NCBI GenBank assembly: GCA_038890875.1
Contig: JAWAFA010000001.1
Span: forward strand, 170,996 to 234,995
Source: Candidatus Pacearchaeota archaeon
GTDB taxonomy: Archaea > Nanobdellota > Nanobdellia > Pacearchaeales > JAPDKA01
Reading direction: 5' to 3'
Length of the DNA: 64,000 bases
Shown: piece by piece, positions 59,227 to 64,000 of the stretch
Numbering within the stretch: position 1 is the stretch's first letter
Layout of the letters: each line of letters begins with the position of its first letter
Made by a program: the position numbers and the translations under genes
Notes under the pieces: model-generated
Databases searched by the model: none
What the model was told of the DNA's origin: nothing
Seen by the model: only the letters and a program-made list of their open reading frames with translations

Positions 59227-60379
59227 CATTTTTAATTTCCTTTAAGTTGCTAGCAGCTATATCTAAAATTTGTAAATTTTTACCTTTTATCATCGTGTTT
59301 TTTTTACTCCATTCTAAATCTACCTTATTGCTTTCAGTCCAAGAAGCTAAAGTCTTTTTTAGTTTTTCAAATTCTTTAGCCTCAGCTTTTGGATATGATA
59401 TAACCTCTACATTTTCCGTCTCTATAGAACACTCATAATTTGGATCATTAGCGTTTGTTAAGGTTGCATATGTTTTACCGTCTTTAATTTTAATAGCACT
59501 TCTTTCAGCAAACTTTGTTTCTTTAGAAGGTGTTACACAGCCTAATTCAAGTTCCCCAAAAAGATTTATAATAATATACCAAACTATAGGAAATCCAAAT
59601 TTTAGATATGGTTTGCCTACAGACTCTCTTTCTCCGATTTCTTCAAATCTTTTATAGTATCCTCCTTCACTCTCTCCACCAAAATAATCAATAATTCTAA
59701 TTGCATAATCTCCTCTTAAGATATGCTTCTTATGATTAAACTCTGGATGATAGGTCGCTTTTCCGATTACAGTCTCAACTTCTCTTATCTCTTTTCCATT
59801 ATCATAACTTGCTATCTTACCTTTGATTTCAGCAGTACCATCTTTATTAAATTCTATCTTTGCTTTTTTAAGTTTTAGTGCTCTTGTTTCTAACTCTCTA
59901 TCTAAAATTAATCCAGCATAGCACTCTTGTTGACAATTTATTACTCCCTTAACAAAACTTAATTTGTCATAATCTAAAATTAATTGATCAGTTAGTCCTA
60001 CCTTCTTATTTAAAAGATTGCTGTAGCATATGTTAAAGTACTTTTCTAAAACAGTTGTCAAAAACATGTTGTCATTATTCCTGTTAGTTTTTAACTTCTC
60101 TATCACTTCTAATAAAGAATGATAATTAAGGTCTTGTCCTTTGTAATAAACATCTTCACCATTTATGCCTACTTCCAAAAAAGCTAAAGAAGATCCATCT
60201 TTTGATAAACTATAATTTTTCATTAAGTTTATTAAATTATCATTTATTTCTTGGAATGTAACGTAAGGGCATACTTCACCTTCATAAAAAATAGCTTTAG
60301 GCTTAGGCATTCCATTTGCAAATACTATAAAAGAAAGAACATACAATATTATCATAAATAAAAACAATGTTTTTTTCAT
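59213..60379 (-). CDS. Secreted hypothetical protein
   Basis: Sec-type signal MKKTLFLF...IVFA. Confidence 0.6.
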   Translation of the reverse strand: MKKTLFLFMIILYVLSFIVFANGMPKPKAIFYEGEVCPYVTFQEINDNLINLMKNYSLSKDGSSLAFLEVGINGEDVYYKGQDLNYHSLLEVIEKLKTNRNNDNMFLTTVLEKYFNICYSNLLNKKVGLTDQLILDYDKLSFVKGVINCQQECYAGLILDRELETRALKLKKAKIEFNKDGTAEIKGKIASYDNGKEIREVETVIGKATYHPEFNHKKHILRGDYAIRIIDYFGGESEGGYYKRFEEIGERESVGKPYLKFGFPIVWYIIINLFGELELGCVTPSKETKFAERSAIKIKDGKTYATLTNANDPNYECSIETENVEVISYPKAEAKEFEKLKKTLASWTESNKVDLEWSKKNTMIKGKNLQILDIAASNLKEIKNAISV

Positions 60380-60380
60380 T

Positions 60381-61130
60381 TTATCTTAAATCTGTCACAA
60401 ACCTCCATATTAACTTTTTATTATTTAATTCTTGGTTAGTATCAAGTAAAAACCAAATGTGTGGCTTAATAAAAATTTTTTCTGTTACAGGTACGATTGT
60501 TACATTTGCATTATATTTTGCAATTAAATAATCCATACATTCAACACAAAGATAACCAGGCATTTGTCCTGTCTCATTTTTATACTCTTCAACCAATGCT
60601 GCACTTAAATTTAAAAATTTTAATAAATCAATACCAACCGAAAATTCAGCATCAGTTATGCTACTTGCTTTTTCTCTCTCTAACTTTATTCTCTTAATAC
60701 TTACTTGAATCTCTCCCTCTCTTAAGTAACTACTAACATCAAAACCAGAGGCTTTTATTCTTGGCATGATTAAGCATGTTTGAGCATTTTCAGTTATCCA
60801 GGCGTCAATTTGTTTTTCAATCTCTCGTTTATGAGGTACAAGAATTTTTTCATCCCTTAAATAAAAAGCCGCTTTTTCGTCAAGAAAGTTGATACTTTCA
60901 TTTGGTAAAACATAATATCCAGATTGTTTTGCAATTAATGGTAAGCCCTCTTTTTCAAGCCTTTCTTTCACACATTGGGTGATATAATTTTTTGCCTCAT
61001 TTAACTCAGCTTCACTCATTTTTGTTTTTTTTATTGAAGAATAAACAAAATATGCAAGTAAAGAGACAATAATTATTGAAATAGCAACTATAACAAAAAC
61101 AGTAATTTGTGTTTTCCTTCCTCTTTTCAT
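60381..61130 (-). CDS. Pilin-like surface protein (class III signal peptide-like)
   Basis: MKRGRKT/QITVFVIVAISIII. Confidence 0.65.
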   Translation of the reverse strand: MKRGRKTQITVFVIVAISIIIVSLLAYFVYSSIKKTKMSEAELNEAKNYITQCVKERLEKEGLPLIAKQSGYYVLPNESINFLDEKAAFYLRDEKILVPHKREIEKQIDAWITENAQTCLIMPRIKASGFDVSSYLREGEIQVSIKRIKLEREKASSITDAEFSVGIDLLKFLNLSAALVEEYKNETGQMPGYLCVECMDYLIAKYNANVTIVPVTEKIFIKPHIWFLLDTNQELNNKKLIWRFVTDLR

Positions 61131-61178
61131 ACAATTTTTATGAGTTAAAGTATTTAAACTTTTTTTTCTTTTTTTTGT

Positions 61179-61346
61179 ATGGCATTGATAGTAAAAAACA
61201 ACCTAAAAAAAGTACTTCCAGAAGGTATGCGTCTTGCAAGTGATTTTGCAATAGCCTTAGAAAAAAAAGTTGAAGAAATAATTAAGCAAGCAGCAGAACG
61301 AGCAAAAGCGAATCATCGAACAACAGTGATGGTTCATGACTTATAA
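61179..61346 (+). CDS. Small histone-fold protein, 55 aa; not in ORF track
   Basis: MALIVKNNLKKVLPEGMRLASDFAIALEKKVEEIIKQAAERAKANHRTTVMVHDL; R-T-T-V-x-x-x-D-L signature; TTTAAA 26 nt upstream. Confidence 0.88.
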   Translation: MALIVKNNLKKVLPEGMRLASDFAIALEKKVEEIIKQAAERAKANHRTTVMVHDL

Positions 61347-61348
61347 AA

Positions 61349-61702
61349 ATGAGGAAAGGATATAAAGCTGAGTGGGAACTTTTTCATTTACTTTGGCAAA
61401 AAGGCTATGCAGTTGCAAGAGTTGCAGGAAGCGGAAGCAGTAGCAAGCCAGCTTGCGATTTAATTGCAGGAAATGGTAAGGAAAAGCTGGCTATAGAGGT
61501 TAAAGCAACGAGAAATGAGAGAAAGTATATAAGCAAGGAACAAGCAGAAGAATTATTTAATTTTGCAAAAATATTTGGTTTAAAACCAGTTATTTTTATA
61601 AAATTTTTTAGAAGTGGATGGTATATTTTTACTCCTGAGCAACTAGAAAAAACTAGTAAATCATTTATTGCTGATTTAAAAAAAGGAGTTTTATTAAAAT
61701 GA
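61349..61702 (+). CDS. hjc: Holliday junction resolvase Hjc
   Basis: KG..AEWEL, RVAGSG, DLIAG, IEVK. Confidence 0.92.
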   Translation: MRKGYKAEWELFHLLWQKGYAVARVAGSGSSSKPACDLIAGNGKEKLAIEVKATRNERKYISKEQAEELFNFAKIFGLKPVIFIKFFRSGWYIFTPEQLEKTSKSFIADLKKGVLLK

Positions 61703-62712
61703 AAGAAGCGCTCTTTTGGGAGCCATTGAAAGATAAAGAAAAAACTATTAAATGTAAACTTTGCCCACATAATTGCCTTATTGTTAAAGATAGTTACGGT
61801 AAATGCCGAGTTAGAAAAAACATCAATGGTAAACTTTACAGTATGGTTTATGCTAGGCCATGTAGTATAGCTACAGATCCTATTGAGAAAAAACCTCTTT
61901 ATCATTTTTTGCCAGGACAAAAGACTTTGAGTATAGCAACTTTTGGTTGTAATCTTTTCTGCCTGCATTGTCAAAATTATGAAATAAGCCATGAATTTGT
62001 TGAGAGCGAAATTACAAAACTTAAGCTTGTTGAGCCAGAAAAAGTAGTAGAGAAAGCTAAAGAGCTTGGAATAAAAGTAATTTCTTATACTTATACAGAA
62101 CCAACAATTTTTTATGAATATATGTATGATGTGGCTAAACTAGCAAAAAAAGCAAGAATAAAAAATATTATTGTTAGTAATGGTTATATTCAAGAAGAAC
62201 CGTTAAAGAAATTATTAAAGTTTTTAGACGGAGCAAATATCGATTTAAAATCTATTAATAATGAATTCTATTTAAAAGTTTGTAAAGCAAAACTTGAGCC
62301 AGTGCTTAAATGTTTAAAGATAATTTCAAAAAATAAATGCTGGCTAGAGATAACAAATCTTATTATCCCTAGCCTAAATGATAAAGATGAAGAAATAGAA
62401 GTACTTATTGATTTTGTTGCAGGCTTGGGAAAAAATATACCACTACATTTCACAGCTTTTTTTCCGCATTATAAACTTCTTGATAAACCATCAACACCAG
62501 AATTTATTTTATTAAAAGCAAGAGAAAAGGCACTAAAAAAGTTAAATCATGTTTATGCTGGGAACATAATGAATGTTGAAGCTAATACAACATATTGTAC
62601 CAAATGCAAAAAATCATTAATAAAACGTTTTGGTTTTGATGTTATTGAAAATAATGTAAAAAAAGGAAAATGTGCATTTTGCAAAACAAAAATTGCTGGA
62701 GTTTTCAGTTAA
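61699..62712 (+). CDS. AmmeMemoRadiSam-type radical SAM enzyme
   Basis: CKLCPHNC, DPIEKKPLYHF, GCNLFCLHCQN, YTYTEP. Confidence 0.9.
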   Translation: MKEALFWEPLKDKEKTIKCKLCPHNCLIVKDSYGKCRVRKNINGKLYSMVYARPCSIATDPIEKKPLYHFLPGQKTLSIATFGCNLFCLHCQNYEISHEFVESEITKLKLVEPEKVVEKAKELGIKVISYTYTEPTIFYEYMYDVAKLAKKARIKNIIVSNGYIQEEPLKKLLKFLDGANIDLKSINNEFYLKVCKAKLEPVLKCLKIISKNKCWLEITNLIIPSLNDKDEEIEVLIDFVAGLGKNIPLHFTAFFPHYKLLDKPSTPEFILLKAREKALKKLNHVYAGNIMNVEANTTYCTKCKKSLIKRFGFDVIENNVKKGKCAFCKTKIAGVFS

Positions 62713-64000
62713 AAATTTTAGCAATAGTTGTAGCAATTGCCATCTTCTTTTTTATTTCTATGCACGAAACCTTCGCAGTAATTATTAGTGAAGTCATGCC
62801 ACATACAAATAATTCTTGGCAAGATGAATGGATAGAACTTTATAATCCAAGCGAAGAAATAATAAATTTAACAGGATGGATAATCGGTGATTTGAGTAGT
62901 AATGATACAATAACGAATTTGATTATTCATAATAAAAGTTTTGCTCTTATAGTTGATATTAATACAATCAATAATACGGGATGTGCGGCTTTCAATATTT
63001 CAGATAATAGTTGTTTTGCCTTACTTACTATTGGTAATGGCTTAAATGACGATAATGAAAGTATCTTTCTTTATGATTTAACTAAAACACTTATTGCGGA
63101 TTTCTCTTGGAATGTTAATATAAAGTCAAGTGGTAATTCTTTTTCTTTTGTTAATGGTACTTGGCAACAATGTGAACCAACTCCTGCTTCGATTAACTGT
63201 CAAAATCAAGCAAACATGACAACAAATATAACAAACCTATCAAAGATAATCGTTAATTATCCCGAAGCCGTTTATAATAATGGAACAGAATTTTTGATTA
63301 ATCTAACATTTTTAAATTTCGATAGTGGAGTTTATAACCTGAAAGTTTCTTTAACTGACCTTGAAGGTAAGGAGATTGCAGAAATTTGGAATGCTACTGA
63401 TTGGAAATCAAGCTTTTATTGGATTAAACCAGCATTTACTTTAAATACAAGCAATTTTTCCTACTCATTAAGAGCAAGGATAATGGATAATTATGAAGGA
63501 AACTCTTCTCTGAAAATTAAACTTAATCATACTAATACCTCAAAAATATATGAATCAGAACCATCTAGCATTACAATTATTAAGGGAGTTTACAAAAATG
63601 AAGAGGAAGAGGAGGAACTTGAGCTTAGCTTATCTGAAGAAATAAATTGCAGTATAAATTTTACTGTCGAAGTTAAAACAAAAAATTTTGCTGACGGACT
63701 TTATGATGTGAAAATTGATATTCTTGGAGATGGTCAAAGGGTAGGCAAAGTTTGGAATGGCAGTAAATGGCTTTCTACTTTTAGTTATGTTAAAAAAGTC
63801 TTAGAGGTTAAAAATGGTGAAGGAAGAGCAAGCCTTATTTTCAAGATAGAAAATTTTTCCGGTGAAATTATGCTTATGCCAAAGTTAAGAAAAACAGGCA
63901 CATCAACAACTTTTAACTTTGATGAAGTTTATGCCATTGTTATTTGCGAGGAAAAAAATAGAGTTAGAAGTGAGACAAGTAAGGAAAGTATTGATAAGTT
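62670..64000 (+). CDS. Secreted lamin-tail-domain (LTD) surface protein, 3'-partial; not in ORF track
   Basis: Signal peptide then VIISEVMP...EWIELYNP...INLTGWII.D...GLND..E...PTP; many N-x-S/T sites; appears open to the window end. Confidence 0.8.
   Translation, partial: MCILQNKNCWSFQLKILAIVVAIAIFFFISMHETFAVIISEVMPHTNNSWQDEWIELYNPSEEIINLTGWIIGDLSSNDTITNLIIHNKSFALIVDINTINNTGCAAFNISDNSCFALLTIGNGLNDDNESIFLYDLTKTLIADFSWNVNIKSSGNSFSFVNGTWQQCEPTPASINCQNQANMTTNITNLSKIIVNYPEAVYNNGTEFLINLTFLNFDSGVYNLKVSLTDLEGKEIAEIWNATDWKSSFYWIKPAFTLNTSNFSYSLRARIMDNYEGNSSLKIKLNHTNTSKIYESEPSSITIIKGVYKNEEEEEELELSLSEEINCSINFTVEVKTKNFADGLYDVKIDILGDGQRVGKVWNGSKWLSTFSYVKKVLEVKNGEGRASLIFKIENFSGEIMLMPKLRKTGTSTTFNFDEVYAIVICEEKNRVRSETSKESIDK

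Noticed and set aside
61405-61992. 195-aa minus-strand ORF and other short antisense ORFs across the window
   Set aside because: Antisense to well-supported genes such as hjc and the radical SAM gene; no recognisable motifs

Overview
AT-rich, gene-dense archaeal chromosome segment. Gene content, a divergent 16S and small histone/pilin types suggest a DPANN archaeon of the Pacearchaeota/Woesearchaeota type (inference). It holds a 16S-tRNA(Ala)-23S operon, three further tRNAs, five aminoacyl-tRNA synthetases, ribosomal and RNAP genes, glycosyltransferases, an oxidative-stress cassette, and a canonical oriC (two inverted ORBs) followed by cdc6/orc1, DP1 and DP2. The standout is a locus at about 23.4-27.1 kb. 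It has xerA with a dif-like site beside its promoter, then two convergent paralogous coiled-coil/winged-helix genes whose linker-coding DNA carries repeat arrays. One of these genes contains, inside its ORF, a second inverted ORB pair bracketed by two 3x11-bp iteron-like arrays: a candidate intragenic replication origin or Orc1-binding hub. A third wHTH gene and a shared 12-bp motif tie the locus to the xerA promoter. Other notable points: an intact GGDEF protein, widespread leaderless promoters (including two tRNAs), a 16S leader complementary to the anti-SD, an apparent deletion in 23S domain I, and small genes missed by the ORF track (eL41, eS31, a histone, a 67% acidic peptide). All calls are by eye; no searches were run.
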